Assembly (NCBI GenBank): GCA_963675295.2
Contig: CAXXKJ010000002.1
Coordinates: forward strand, 1,792,001-1,856,000
Direction: 5' to 3'
Length of the DNA: 64,000 bases
From: a bacterium
GTDB taxonomy: Bacteria > Electryoneota > Electryoneia > Electryoneales > Electryoneaceae
Shown here piece by piece: positions 1-10,685 of the stretch. The translations under genes and the position numbers were made by a program. The notes beneath the pieces were generated by a model. The model was not told where the DNA came from. It was given only the letters and a program-made list of their open reading frames with translations, and ran no database searches. Every line of letters begins with the position of its first letter. Within the stretch, counting starts at the first letter, position 1.

Positions 1-1
1 T

Positions 2-925
2 GCTGAAGAAATGGCTGTTCCCGAGGAACAGGCGTCCCGGGACTTCCGGCACCGCGCACAGCTGTGTCCAATAGGTATCGGGCAAGCCCTGCGAATAGAC
101 CCAGCTCCAGGTTTGCCCGTCATCCTCCGACACCAGAAATTGTGGGGCATCGAGTGCCGAACCGTAGGTGTTAACCAGCAGCATCCAGTTGCCATTGTCG
201 AGGATCTGGAAATCATAGACTCGAACGGAACTGATTCCCGGTGGGACGAGGTTCTCCAGCTCCGTCAGTCGCGTCCATGAGCCATTCTCGCCGCCCTGAT
301 GGGAAACGGAGAGCCCGCCGAAGACCGGCGTATCATCGTGCCAGGAACCCCATATGAAGACGGTGTTGACATCGTCTGGATCGACATAGATACCGTTTGC
401 GTTGGTGCCAACGTACGGCATGATGTTGACTTCAGTCCACGTCGAACCGTTATCGTCGCTATAGAAGAATCCCGGTGCCTGAGCGCAGTAGATCCGTCCA
501 CCGGGTTGTCGTTGCATCGACATGTACCATTGGTTGGACTGCCAGTCGTCAATGTCGAGGCTGGTCCACGTGTGCCCGCCATCCTGACTCATCCAACCGA
601 AATGGTCGAGATAGCGTGCGGTTCCGGTGACGAACAATGTGTCCGCCGCCGGATCGACCGCGGTCACCCATTGCGGGTAGTAGAAGAAATAATCGGGTTC
701 AAGCAGCTCGTCGATCGGTGTCCACGTGGCACCGCCATCGTTGGTCAGCCAGTAGCCGCCAGGCCTGTAGGCCGCGAGGATACGCTGGCCGGTTTCGTCG
801 ACCGCGAAGCTTTGCGGATATCCGTGGCTGGTTGTGGTGTAGTTCCAGGTTTGTGCGAGGGAAGTGCTGGCGCAGAGAAGCAGGACCAGCAGCGCAGTGA
901 GTACAAACACGCGAGTGCGGTTCAT
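2..925 (-). CDS. Secreted BNR/Asp-box repeat (beta-propeller) protein, 5' part only; runs off the window edge
   Basis: Not in the ORF track; translated by hand from ATG at 925: MNRTRVFVLTALLVLLLCASTSLAQ signal peptide, repeated S/TxDGGxTW motifs (TNDGGATW, SQDGGHTW, SDDNGSTW, SEDDGQTW); shares DPAADTL with the 41434..43800 protein. Confidence 0.8.
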   Translation of the reverse strand, partial: MNRTRVFVLTALLVLLLCASTSLAQTWNYTTTSHGYPQSFAVDETGQRILAAYRPGGYWLTNDGGATWTPIDELLEPDYFFYYPQWVTAVDPAADTLFVTGTARYLDHFGWMSQDGGHTWTSLDIDDWQSNQWYMSMQRQPGGRIYCAQAPGFFYSDDNGSTWTEVNIMPYVGTNANGIYVDPDDVNTVFIWGSWHDDTPVFGGLSVSHQGGENGSWTRLTELENLVPPGISSVRVYDFQILDNGNWMLLVNTYGSALDAPQFLVSEDDGQTWSWVYSQGLPDTYWTQLCAVPEVPGRLFLGNSHFFS

Positions 926-1168
926 GACGGCCCCCCTAGTGGTAGGATTGATAGACTGGGATCACATACCCGACAGGAAAGCTACAGTCAAGAAACTGAC
1001 AATGCCAGTAAAAACGGTGGATTTGTAAAGTATTGCCGAGGATGGGTGGGGATGAAATACGAAAAGTACAGACAATCCTGAAGCTGGCAATCGGAAGGAG
1101 TTGAATGAAAAAGGGGGCACATTACATTCAACATGCCCCCAGTGAATACAGCCTATATAGCTTGCAGA

Positions 1169-4100
1169 TTACCGTCCCGGTGTCTCGTAGTTGAGCTTGC
1201 CGCGCACATCGCCGGGCTTCGGCTTCTGCGCTTCGGTGTCCGCCGCTTCGATCATCAGTTCGATGGCCTTGTCGAGCTGCGGGTCACGGTCGGCGATACG
1301 GTCAGCCGGTGTGTACGGAACCGGGAAATCCGGCACAGCGCCGCTGTTCATGCCGGGCGCTTCCTGGTTCTTGTTGTTGCGGGACGGATCGTTCTCGTCG
1401 CCCCATACATACCAGCCGCGGAATGGCATCCGGATCCAGCCGCCGTCCATCGTGGTCCAGCCGCCGGTGGAGATGACGTTGCCGCCGGTTTCCTCGCCGA
1501 CAACCGGCCCGCGGTCGATGGTCTTGATCGCGTGGCTGAAGATCTCGGCGTTGGAGTAGGAACCGGCGTTGCACAGCACCGCGATCGGTTTTTCCCAACG
1601 GTACATCGGGTAGCGCGGCTGCGGATAGCCGACCTCGCCGTTCCGGCCGATGGTGTAGGCGTGCACAGGCTGCGTCAGGATGGTCAGCAGCATGTCAGTG
1701 GTCCAACCGCCGCCGTTGTTGCGCACGTCGATGATGAGCGCATCCTTGTCGTCCGCGACGGCATACAGGTCACGTTCGAACAGCTCGACCTCAGCCCAGC
1801 CCATGCCTTCGATGTGAACATAACCGACGCGATCATCGGACATCTCTTCAGTGTGCTCCCGGAGAGTTTTCTCCATGTTCTCGTAGACCAGCGAGTGCAT
1901 CGCACGCCAGCCGATCGGGACGATCATGCCATCCATGTCGTCACCGTCACGCGTCCACGTGATCGAAGTCGGTACGCCTTCCTGATCCTCGAGCGCCATG
2001 AAGATGTTGGCGTCGCGGCCGACGTCCATGCCGTTGACCGTTTCGACGATGTCGCCGGGGAGCAGGGTCATGTCCGTTTCGTCCGCCGGACCTGCAGGCA
2101 ACACCCAGTTCACGCGGAGACCGTTGCCAGTATACCTCTTATCGAAATCAACGCCGATGAATCCGTCATCCGGGCCCTCGCCCTGCGGATCCCAGTCCGG
2201 GTAGTAGCCCATATGGGACGCGTTGAGTTCACCGAGCATGATGTTGACGACGTCCGCAAAGTCGTAATCGTGCACGACCTTGCCAGCCCACTCTTCGTAC
2301 TTCTCGCCCAGCTTGTCCCAATCAAGGCCGTGCATGTCTGGATCGTAGAACCAGTCACGGAGGATGCGGTTGCCTTCGTCCAGAACCTGCTCGCGCATGG
2401 CGACCTTGTCGATCTTGAGGCGGGCGTTGAAGTCGGTCGATTCGACCTTGCCGCCACCCATACCGACGTAGCTCGGCTTGCCGTTCTGCAGGAAGTAGAA
2501 GGTTTCATCGACGACGTTGAGGCTACTCGGCCGACCGCTGAAGACTTCCTCTTCCTCTTCGCCGAAACGGTTGACCGAATAGACGCTGCCATCACGCAGG
2601 TAGAAGATCTTATCGCCCTTTGGGTGCAATGCGACGGCGAACTCATCCAACGCGTCATTGGTCACACGGCGGGCACGCAGGTAGATGTCCTCGAGGTCGA
2701 TGTTGACGACGAATTCGGGCTCTTCGTCTTCCGCGTCTTCGTCATCCTCCTCGTCGTCGTCGTCCTTCTTTGCAGGCTTTTCGTCGCGCGTTTTCTCCCA
2801 GATTTCCCACTCTTCGCGGGTGCGTTCCGAGAGTTCCTCGGTCAGGTAGACGAAATAGACGTCGTACTGGTTGTCGTGACGGCGGGTGGTCCAGCTCAAC
2901 ATCGAACCATCATCCGACCAACCTGGGTCCATGTCGTTGTCCGGGTGCATCGAGACGTTAACCGCTTCGCCGCCCTTGGCCGGAATAATCCAGACGTCAG
3001 AGTTGAAGTTGCGATCTTCACGCGAATACGCGATCCAGTTGCCGTCCGGCGCCCAGGAATAAATCGGGGTGGACCAGCCTTCGAGCAGCGTGCGCTTGCC
3101 ACCGCCGTCATGATCCATGATCTTCAGGTCGGCGTTTCCGTGCGTGAAGGCGATCTCACTGCCGTCCGGCGACCACACCGGGTTCGACGCCGGGGTTTTG
3201 CCATCGGTCAGCTTGACGATCTTGTGCTTCTTCGCCTTGCGCAGGTTTGTCTCGTCTGGATCGTCGGAGATCAGCAGGCAGACGGTCTTCTCGCCAAATC
3301 GGTCGGTGACGAAGGCCAGCGTGTCGGCGCTGCCGTTGGGACGGAACGCCAGTTCTTCTTCACGGGACGGTCCCGGAATCGGCACCACCGCACGTCCGCC
3401 GAGATCCTTGTTGACGAGCACGATGTCGCCTTCGATCAACAGGGCGAATTCCTTGCCGTCGCTGGTGACGGTAAGGTCGTCCGCGCCACCGGTGAAGGTT
3501 TCGGTGGTGACGAGATTTTCGATCATGTCGGCGGCGACGTCGATTTCGAGCTCAAACGGTTCGCCGTCGGGGATGTTCATCACGTACAGGCCGGTGCCGA
3601 CTTCCATCACAAGGCGGGAACCGTTTCCGGCGAGGCTCGCCCAGCGGACACCGTCTTCCTTGAACTTGGTGATCGCCTGCTTGTGGGATCCATCCGGAGC
3701 CATCCGCCAAACATTACGGGTCTGGTTCTTGTCGGCGTCGCTGATCCAGTAGATCGATCCGTCCGGGGACACCATCGGACGGGTGTCGACACCGTCATGG
3801 GTGGTCAGCTGCACCGGGTCCGAGCCCGGCGCGTAGTTCCACAAGTCGCGCTGGTACGTTCCGCGATACCGCAGCCGGCCGAACTTCTCACGGCCTTCCG
3901 CGATGACGAAACCACCGTCGGGGCGCACGGCGATCTGGTTACCGAACATGTCCTCGAGCCGGAACGGTGTGCCACCGGTAGCCGGCATCATCTGAATCTG
4001 ACGGCCCATCGGGTAGTCGAACAGGCGGCTGGAGGCGAAGTACAGCGTCTTGCCATCGTTACTGAACGCGAACGGCTCGTCCGTGGTCGCGGCGAAGGTG

Positions 4101-4414
4101 AGCCGTGTCGGCACGCCGCCGGTCGCGGGCATGGTGTAGATGTCAAAGTCGCCGTGCCGGTCGGACATGAAGGCGATGGTGGTTCCGTCCGGGCTGAACA
4201 CCGGCTCCCGGTCGTAGGCCGGGTGGACGGTCAGGCGTGTCGCCATGCCGCCGTTCGAAGCCACACTCCACAGGTCGCCCTGGAATGAAAACACCACGGT
4301 GCTGCCGTCCGGACTGATGGCGGGGTACCGTGGCATGAAAGGTGCTGTGGCAAATGCCGATGTGGCGAAAACGATGAGTAACGTGAGGACAAGCCAGTTT
4401 CGTGTGCGTGTCAT
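1169..4414 (-). CDS. Tricorn-like S41 family peptidase (PD40 repeats, PDZ, S41 domain)
   Basis: Signal peptide, SPDG PD40 repeats, IIDVRNNGGG, SYSNAEIF catalytic region, DPQLDKAI C-terminus. Confidence 0.92.
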   Translation of the reverse strand: MTRTRNWLVLTLLIVFATSAFATAPFMPRYPAISPDGSTVVFSFQGDLWSVASNGGMATRLTVHPAYDREPVFSPDGTTIAFMSDRHGDFDIYTMPATGGVPTRLTFAATTDEPFAFSNDGKTLYFASSRLFDYPMGRQIQMMPATGGTPFRLEDMFGNQIAVRPDGGFVIAEGREKFGRLRYRGTYQRDLWNYAPGSDPVQLTTHDGVDTRPMVSPDGSIYWISDADKNQTRNVWRMAPDGSHKQAITKFKEDGVRWASLAGNGSRLVMEVGTGLYVMNIPDGEPFELEIDVAADMIENLVTTETFTGGADDLTVTSDGKEFALLIEGDIVLVNKDLGGRAVVPIPGPSREEELAFRPNGSADTLAFVTDRFGEKTVCLLISDDPDETNLRKAKKHKIVKLTDGKTPASNPVWSPDGSEIAFTHGNADLKIMDHDGGGKRTLLEGWSTPIYSWAPDGNWIAYSREDRNFNSDVWIIPAKGGEAVNVSMHPDNDMDPGWSDDGSMLSWTTRRHDNQYDVYFVYLTEELSERTREEWEIWEKTRDEKPAKKDDDDEEDDEDAEDEEPEFVVNIDLEDIYLRARRVTNDALDEFAVALHPKGDKIFYLRDGSVYSVNRFGEEEEEVFSGRPSSLNVVDETFYFLQNGKPSYVGMGGGKVESTDFNARLKIDKVAMREQVLDEGNRILRDWFYDPDMHGLDWDKLGEKYEEWAGKVVHDYDFADVVNIMLGELNASHMGYYPDWDPQGEGPDDGFIGVDFDKRYTGNGLRVNWVLPAGPADETDMTLLPGDIVETVNGMDVGRDANIFMALEDQEGVPTSITWTRDGDDMDGMIVPIGWRAMHSLVYENMEKTLREHTEEMSDDRVGYVHIEGMGWAEVELFERDLYAVADDKDALIIDVRNNGGGWTTDMLLTILTQPVHAYTIGRNGEVGYPQPRYPMYRWEKPIAVLCNAGSYSNAEIFSHAIKTIDRGPVVGEETGGNVISTGGWTTMDGGWIRMPFRGWYVWGDENDPSRNNKNQEAPGMNSGAVPDFPVPYTPADRIADRDPQLDKAIELMIEAADTEAQKPKPGDVRGKLNYETPGR

Positions 4415-4640
4415 GAAGTCCGCTCCCTAGTAATCCATCTTTGGCAGGTATCAAGTGTGACGAAGTTAGCCCGCCCTCATACATCTCGCAAGCACTCCTT
4501 GGATGTGAAACAAGCTGCGGGTGTTGCTTGCGGGAGTCGGGCCTGTTGAGCCACATTCCCACCGTCGCTTCTCCGTTGAAAAAGCGGGTGGTTGACCGTC
4601 CAAACGTACGACAGACAAACCTGCAAGCAGGTTTCACGAT

Positions 4641-5366
4641 ATGGCTTTCACCCCAGAAACGCTGATTCCGTCCCTCCGAGAACGGATCCACGCACTGATC
4701 GACGCCGACTACGCAGCGTCCCTGCCAACGACCATGCCGGGGATGACGGTATACGACGGCGTCCGGGTTCCGGAACTGCGCGAGCTCGCCGGCAACGTGC
4801 GGCGGGAACAGGAACTGAAGATTCCCGACTGGATCCTGTACCTGAATCATGTCTTCCCGACCCACCACCGCGAGTTGATCCTGATCGGTTTGTATGGGCT
4901 CGACGGCCGCACCGGCGACCTCGACGACCTCTTCGGGGAGAAGTTGAGCGGCTGGGCGCGTCACCTCGACAACTGGGAGACGACGGACAACCTCGCCGTC
5001 GCGGCGGGACCGTGGGTGGCGGACGACCTCAGCCGGATCGGGTACCTTGAATCGTGGGCGGTGCGCGGCGAATCGTTGTGGAAGAAACGGCTCGCGGCGG
5101 CGTCAACGGTGTACCTCGCCCGGGCGGGGAAGGGAAACACGCATGCGTCGTTCAGGGTGCTGCGTCACCTGATGACCGCCGAGCAACCCGAGATCAAAAA
5201 GGCGGTGGGCTGGGCGATCCGTTCGCAGGAGGACGACGAGGCGGTCGAACGCTTCCTCGCGTGGTGGGCGCCACGGATTTCGCGCGGTCTGCTGACCGAT
5301 TGCGCGAAGAAGCTGTCCGAGGAAAGCCGGGAACGGTTGAAGCAGCTGGCGCACGAAGAAGCCTGA
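4641..5366 (+). CDS. DNA alkylation repair protein (AlkD-like HEAT repeat)
   Basis: GVRVPELR, LDNWETTD, W-x-K-R and IKKAVGWAIR motifs. Confidence 0.8.
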   Translation: MAFTPETLIPSLRERIHALIDADYAASLPTTMPGMTVYDGVRVPELRELAGNVRREQELKIPDWILYLNHVFPTHHRELILIGLYGLDGRTGDLDDLFGEKLSGWARHLDNWETTDNLAVAAGPWVADDLSRIGYLESWAVRGESLWKKRLAAASTVYLARAGKGNTHASFRVLRHLMTAEQPEIKKAVGWAIRSQEDDEAVERFLAWWAPRISRGLLTDCAKKLSEESRERLKQLAHEEA

Positions 5367-5390
5367 TAGTCTAAAGACGATAGAAAACCC

Positions 5391-6677
5391 ATGTCATCAT
5401 CACTGCTGATCACAGACGCAACGCTGAACGACCAGCGTGTCAACATCTACTGCGAGGACGGCGTTATCGCCGCGATCGACCCGGTGGCTGCGAGCGTGAC
5501 ACGGAGTGCCGACTCCACCCTCGACGCGCGCGGCATGATCGCGTACCCGCCGCTGATCAACAGCCACACGCACGCCTCGATGACACTCTTCCGTGGCAAC
5601 GGCGACGACCTGCCGTTGATGGAATGGCTGGCGCAGCGGGTGTGGCCGTACGAGCGCGGCATCACGGTGGATGAAATCTACTGGGGCGCGAAGCTGGCCA
5701 TTGTTGAGATGATCCGCAACGGAACCGTCTTCTTCAACGACATGTACTGGGATTTCCACGCCGTCGCCAAAGCGGTGGAGGAGATGGGCGTGCGGGCGAT
5801 GATTGCGAGCGTGATCATCGACGTCAACGACGAACCGGCGAAACGGCAGAAGCACTGGGACCGCATCGAGCGTCAACACCAGGAAGTGGAACAGTACAGC
5901 GACCGGGTGCAGTTTGCCGTCGCGCCGCACGCGGTCTACACCGTGTCCGAGGAGAGTTACCGCTGGGTGGTGGATTTCTGCAAACGGACAGGCACAGTGC
6001 TGCACACGCACCTCTCCGAAACAGAGGGCGAGGTCGAGGGCTGCATCAAGGATCACGGCGGCCGTCCCGTCGAATACCTGCACCGGATCGGTGCGCTCGA
6101 GACAAACCTCGTCGCCGCGCACACCGTCTGGTTGACCGAATCCGACATCGCGTTGCTGGGTGAATACGGTGTCGTCTGCTCGCACAACCCGGTCAGCAAC
6201 ATGAAGCTGGCGGTGAATGGGGTGTACCCGTACCGCAAGTTGCAGGCATCCGGCGCGATCACGGCCATCGCCACCGACGGCGCGGGCTCGAACAACAGCC
6301 TCGACATGTTCCAGGATATGAAGATCGCGGCGTTGCTGCAGAAACTGACGGACAACGACACAACGTCGTTGAGCGCGCATGAGGTGCTCGACATGGCGAC
6401 GGACAATCCGGCGACGTTCTTCAATCTCGGCGGCAAGGACCTGGTCGTGGGCCGGCAGGCGGATCTGATTCTGATTGACCACAATCGGCCGGAGTTGAAC
6501 CCGCCGCACAGCCTGGCGTCCCACCTGGTGTACAGCGCGACGGGCAATGTTGTCGATTCGGTCGTCTGTGACGGCAAGGTGTTGATGGAACACCGCCATA
6601 TCGAGGGCGAGGAAGAAATCATCGCCAAAGCGAATGAAGCGGCGCGGGCATTGTTCGCGCGTGTGGATGACGCTTGA
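5391..6677 (+). CDS. mtaD: Amidohydrolase, 5-methylthioadenosine/S-adenosylhomocysteine deaminase-like
   Basis: NSHTH, HTHLSET, AAHTVWL, HNPVSNMKLA, ATDGAGSNNSLD motifs. Confidence 0.8.
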   Translation: MSSSLLITDATLNDQRVNIYCEDGVIAAIDPVAASVTRSADSTLDARGMIAYPPLINSHTHASMTLFRGNGDDLPLMEWLAQRVWPYERGITVDEIYWGAKLAIVEMIRNGTVFFNDMYWDFHAVAKAVEEMGVRAMIASVIIDVNDEPAKRQKHWDRIERQHQEVEQYSDRVQFAVAPHAVYTVSEESYRWVVDFCKRTGTVLHTHLSETEGEVEGCIKDHGGRPVEYLHRIGALETNLVAAHTVWLTESDIALLGEYGVVCSHNPVSNMKLAVNGVYPYRKLQASGAITAIATDGAGSNNSLDMFQDMKIAALLQKLTDNDTTSLSAHEVLDMATDNPATFFNLGGKDLVVGRQADLILIDHNRPELNPPHSLASHLVYSATGNVVDSVVCDGKVLMEHRHIEGEEEIIAKANEAARALFARVDDA

Positions 6678-6745
6678 TGGGTTGATTCGGCCTGTTGCGG
6701 GATTCATATCGCGGAATCGGCGTTGTACCTTGCGGGGGGTGAAGG

Positions 6746-8089
6746 GTGGGATCGAAACCGGTCGCATCAAACGAAGACTCATCGCCGGAGGCGTCTACGA
6801 GTACATTCTGGTCAGATACGCGCCAGTTCCTGTTCCGCTTTCTCAAGGTGGTCTACCGGGAAAGCCTGCGTGACATGATCCCGATTCGCGCGGCGAGCCT
6901 GACGTACGCGACGATGCTCACCCTGATTCCCGTCCTGGTCATCCTCTTCAGCATTTTCCAGCTGTTTGGCGGTGCGGACTGGTTTGAAACGACCGTTCGT
7001 CCGTTCATCCTCGACAACCTCGCGCCCGGTACCGGCGAGGGAGTCGCCACGCGTCTCGAGGAAATCATCACCAACGCCGGCGGGTTCGCGTTGAACGGGA
7101 TCGGCGTGCTGGTGTTGGTCATCGCGGTGTGGTCGATTTTCAGCGGTGTCGAGGGCACGGTCAACGCGATCTGGGGCGCACGTTCCAGCGCGGGTTCATT
7201 GAAACGGTTGCCGCTGTATTGGGGATTGATCACGATTGTCCCGATCCTGATTGTCGGGTCGCTGGCGTTGACGACGTATGTGCAGGCGCTGCCGTTCATC
7301 AGCAAGACGGTTGAGAGTTTCGGCATCCTGGAAACACTGTTCAACCGGGCGGTGACGGCCGGGATGATCATCCTCGGACTGTTCCTGTTCTACCAGTTTG
7401 TCCCGGCGACACGGGTGCAACCGCGGTACGCGCTGGCGTCCGCGACCATCGCCGGCCTGCTGTACGAAATCCTCAAGTCCGGCTTTATTTTCTACACTAC
7501 CAACCTCGTCCAGTACAACCTGATCTACGGGTCGCTGGCGGCAATCCCGCTGCTGCTGATCTGGATCAATCTATCCTGGGTGCTTGTATTGGCTGGTGTC
7601 GAGATGACTTTTGTCCAGCAGCATTACCAGACCCTCGCGAACAAGTCGAAGGGGTTGCGGCTGTCAAAACCACAACGGAATGTGCTCGGGTATCTGCTGC
7701 TGTTCGAGGCGACAAAGGTGTTCCGTGGCGAACGGGGCGAGAGTTCACGGTTCAACCCGGTGCTGTGGGGGGATGACTACGGTCTGCCGCCGGGCCTGAT
7801 TGACGCGACGGTAGACAAGCTGCAGGAAGGCGGGCTGGTCGAACGTGTCGGTTCGCCGCCGGACGACATCATGCTCGCGCGCAGCCCGAAACAGATCCCG
7901 GTGGAAGAGGTGGACGCGTTGCTGATGTCCGTGAAGCGGTCGGAGTTCGACTGGCCCGACCACCCGGCGTGGCAGTGGATGAAGGGCTGGATGAACTCGC
8001 GGCAGGATGCGTCGCTGCGTGCGGTCGAGTCGCGTACGCTGGATGAACTGGTGCAGGAATTCGAGGCTCGTCAGAGTGGGGAACGGTAG
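6746..8089 (+). CDS. YihY/BrkB family membrane protein with C-terminal winged-helix extension
   Basis: RAASLTYATMLTLIP, NAIWG, YNLIYGSLAAIPLLLIWI motifs; multiple TM helices; start codon uncertain. Confidence 0.85.
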   Translation: MGSKPVASNEDSSPEASTSTFWSDTRQFLFRFLKVVYRESLRDMIPIRAASLTYATMLTLIPVLVILFSIFQLFGGADWFETTVRPFILDNLAPGTGEGVATRLEEIITNAGGFALNGIGVLVLVIAVWSIFSGVEGTVNAIWGARSSAGSLKRLPLYWGLITIVPILIVGSLALTTYVQALPFISKTVESFGILETLFNRAVTAGMIILGLFLFYQFVPATRVQPRYALASATIAGLLYEILKSGFIFYTTNLVQYNLIYGSLAAIPLLLIWINLSWVLVLAGVEMTFVQQHYQTLANKSKGLRLSKPQRNVLGYLLLFEATKVFRGERGESSRFNPVLWGDDYGLPPGLIDATVDKLQEGGLVERVGSPPDDIMLARSPKQIPVEEVDALLMSVKRSEFDWPDHPAWQWMKGWMNSRQDASLRAVESRTLDELVQEFEARQSGER

Positions 8090-8138
8090 GTGGTAGGCGG
8101 TAGATCGGTGATCGGTGGGCGGTAGATCGGTGATCGGA
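8085..8138. repeat. Degenerate heptamer tandem repeat
   Basis: ggtaggt ggtaggc ggtagat cggtgat ... directly after the yihY stop. Confidence 0.6.
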
Positions 8139-8179
8139 AAATGACAATCTGCCCTCGGTGGCCGGTTGGTAGTGCAAGG

Positions 8180-8328
8180 GTGTCATTCTGAATGGAACGA
8201 AGTGGAATGAAGAATCTCCAGCTTTGATCACCGTAAATTAACCCCGATCTTCTTCACTTCGTTCAGAATGACGTTGCTTTTGAAGGCGGATAATATGGAG
8301 ATCCTTCACTTCGTTCAGGATGACACAC
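8180..8328. repeat. REP-like family C element (GTCATTCTGAA...GAAGAATCT and inverted GATCCTTC...CAGGATGAC halves)
   Basis: One forward and two inverted half-copies; homologous copies at 15264-15366 and 43887-43925. Confidence 0.8.
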
Positions 8329-8330
8329 CG

Positions 8331-8358
8331 ATTACCACGGACTGAAGTCCGTGGTAAT
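8331..8358. repeat. REP-like family B palindrome ATTACCACGGACTnnAGTCCGTGGTAAT
   Basis: 13-bp arms; other copies at 47352, 49095, 59322. Confidence 0.9.
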
Positions 8359-8428
8359 GTTTATACCATTGCGCATCGCCTACGCCCATAACCCACAGCC
8401 CATAGCCTATTGACTGGAATCTGAACAC

Positions 8429-8460
8429 AAAAACGCCGCCTCCGGTTGGAGGCGGCGTTT
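8429..8460 (-). terminator. Intrinsic terminator after flavodoxin
   Basis: aaaaacgccgcctcc-gg-ttggaggcggcgttt hairpin with T-tract on the minus strand. Confidence 0.7.
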
Positions 8461-8513
8461 GACGTTGCAGCGAAACGAATCACCCAGGCGGGTGATCGGT
8501 CAACAGATCGTTC

Positions 8514-9020
8514 TTATTCGAAGAACTCCTTGATGTCGTCGCACCAGTCTTCGACACGTTCTTCAGTCATGTCGTCCTGGTTGTCTTCGTCGATCGCGAG
8601 GCCGACGAAGTTGCCATCGACTACGGCCTTGGAGGTATCGAACTCGTAGCCGTCGGTCGGCCAGGAGCCCACGACCTTGCCGCCGTCGCCGGTGACCTTG
8701 TCGTACACAGCGCGCATGGCATCGAGGAAGAATTCCGGGTAGCCTTCCTGGTCGCCAAGGCCGAAGATCGCAACGGTCTTGCCGCTGAAGTTGACGTCAT
8801 CCATCTCATCTTCGAAGAAGGTTTCCCAGTCTTCCTGGAGCTCGCCGTCGTTCCAGGTCGGGATTCCGAGGATCAGCTTGTCGTAGCCGTTCATGTCGTC
8901 CGCGCTGACTTCACTGATCTCTTTGATGTCATCAATCAGATCACCGAGTTCGTCCTTGATCATCTCAGCGACTTTTTCGGTGTTCCCGGTAGACGATCCG
9001 TAGATAATCGCCGTGGCCAT
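8514..9020 (-). CDS. fldA: Long-chain flavodoxin
   Basis: IYGSSTGNTE, GIPTWNDGEL, FGLGDQ, FVGLAIDEDNQ; ATG at 9020 follows a GAGG RBS. Confidence 0.93.
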   Translation of the reverse strand: MATAIIYGSSTGNTEKVAEMIKDELGDLIDDIKEISEVSADDMNGYDKLILGIPTWNDGELQEDWETFFEDEMDDVNFSGKTVAIFGLGDQEGYPEFFLDAMRAVYDKVTGDGGKVVGSWPTDGYEFDTSKAVVDGNFVGLAIDEDNQDDMTEERVEDWCDDIKEFFE

Positions 9021-9251
9021 GCTTGCCTCCCTTAGCGGGGTGTTGAACGTAGTCCTGTTGTTTTGCAAGCCGAAAGGTAGGGTGCTGTTTTGCGAGACGC
9101 AACGAACGCTCTCGCCTCAAACCGGAGGCAGGGGAGAGCCCCGTAACACCTTTCCCTCAGGCTGGTTTCGCAGATTAAAGATGGTTGAATCAAACAGAAA
9201 CACCCTCCGTACGGCGGAGGGTGGGGGGATCTGTGGTAATGGTCCAGTTTT

Positions 9252-9812
9252 TCAGATCTCGAGGATTTCCTCTTCCTTGTCCTTCATGACCTCGTCGATA
9301 CGCTTGATGTGTTCATCGGTCAACTTCTGGATATCATTGAGCGCATCGTGCATGTTGTCTTCCGAGATCTCGTGCGCCTTCTCCAACTTCTTCGCGGCAT
9401 CGTTGGCATCACGTCTCACCTGCCGCACCGCCTGCCGTGCTTCTTCGGCGTGCTTGTGCACCAGCTTAACGATGTCCTTGCGCCGTTCCTCGGTAAGCGC
9501 CGGGATGTTGATTCGGACCACGGTCCCGTCATTAATCGGGTTGAGGTCGAGGTCGGAGATGCGAATCGCTTTTTCGATCGCCGGGATCAGGTTCTTGTCG
9601 TACGGCTGGATGGCAATGGTCCTCATATCCGGAGTGAGCAGGTTGGAGATCTGCTGTAGCGGCACTTCGGTTCCGTATGCGTTCGCCGTGATTCCGTCCA
9701 GCAGACCCACGGAGGCTTTCCCCGTCCGAATGCGGGAATAAGTGTCCTGCAAGAATCGGACAGTTTTGTCCATCCGGTCTTCAGCGTCAAGCATGATCTC
9801 GTCAATATCCAT
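9252..9812 (-). CDS. frr: Ribosome recycling factor
   Basis: IRTGKAS, LNPINDG, IPALTEERRK motifs; synteny with pyrH and tsf. Confidence 0.97.
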   Translation of the reverse strand: MDIDEIMLDAEDRMDKTVRFLQDTYSRIRTGKASVGLLDGITANAYGTEVPLQQISNLLTPDMRTIAIQPYDKNLIPAIEKAIRISDLDLNPINDGTVVRINIPALTEERRKDIVKLVHKHAEEARQAVRQVRRDANDAAKKLEKAHEISEDNMHDALNDIQKLTDEHIKRIDEVMKDKEEEILEI

Positions 9813-9907
9813 CGGAAACTCCACTCCTGAGTGGTTCAAAAACCGGCACGTCTTAAAGATCGCACAATTTCAGCATCAGAAGACGCAGGGTCAAGCTCTG
9901 AGCGAGA

Positions 9908-9945
9908 AAGGTCCAACTCCACCGGTTCCGGTGGAGTTGGACCTT
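9908..9945. other. Perfect 18-bp-arm hairpin between pyrH and frr
   Basis: aaggtccaactccaccgg-tt-ccggtggagttggacctt. Confidence 0.75.
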
Positions 9946-9969
9946 GAAAGTATAAAAATGTTCGGTGAA

Positions 9970-10685
9970 TCAGTCGGACACGAGCGTCCCGATGTCTTCA
10001 CCACGCAGCAGGCGGATCAGGCGTCCACGTTCCGTCATGTCGAAGACACGCACCGGGACATTGTTGTCCTGGCAGAAGGTGAACGCGGTCAGATCCATCA
10101 CCCGCAGCTGCTTCTTGATCACTTCGGTGAAGGTCAGCTTGTCGAACTTCTTCGCATCCGGGAACTTCTCCGGATCCTTGTCAAACACGCCGTCCACCCG
10201 TGTGCCCTTCAGCAGCACATCCGCACCGATCTCGGACGCACGCAGCGCGGCGGCGGTGTCGGTGGTGAAGTACGGGTTGCCGGTTCCGGCGGCGAAAATG
10301 ACCATGCGGCCCTTTTCAAGGTGCCGGATCGCACGGCGGCGGATGTACGGTTCCGCGACTTCGTCGACGCCGATCGCCGACTGGACGCGGGTCTGCAATC
10401 CAACACGTTCCGCGAAGTCCTGCAACGCGATGGCGTTGATCACGGTTGCCATCATGCCCATGTGATCGGCGGGGACACGTTCCATACCCTTACCGACGGT
10501 GGACAGGCCGCGGAAGATGTTGCCCGCGCCAACCACGATGGCGAGCTCGACGCCAAGATCGCTGATCTCTTTCAGATCAAGCGAGATATTGTGCATCATC
10601 TCTTCGTCGAGGCCGTACTTCTTTTCACGGCGAGCATTTCACCGGAGAGCTTCAGCAAGACTCGTTTGTACGGAAGGTTGCTCAC
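9970..10685 (-). CDS. pyrH: UMP kinase; 1-nt frameshift near 10625-10630 in this sequence
   Basis: GTG at 10685 gives [19 protein letters not shown], which then stops; the rest ([18 protein letters not shown]) is in another frame. Confidence 0.93.

Noticed and set aside
1133-4288. 1051-aa plus-strand ORF, and similar long antisense ORFs (299..1081, 5400..6782, 55744..57267)
   Set aside because: Shadow frames of well-supported genes on the opposite strand, expected from high-GC codon bias; no motifs.
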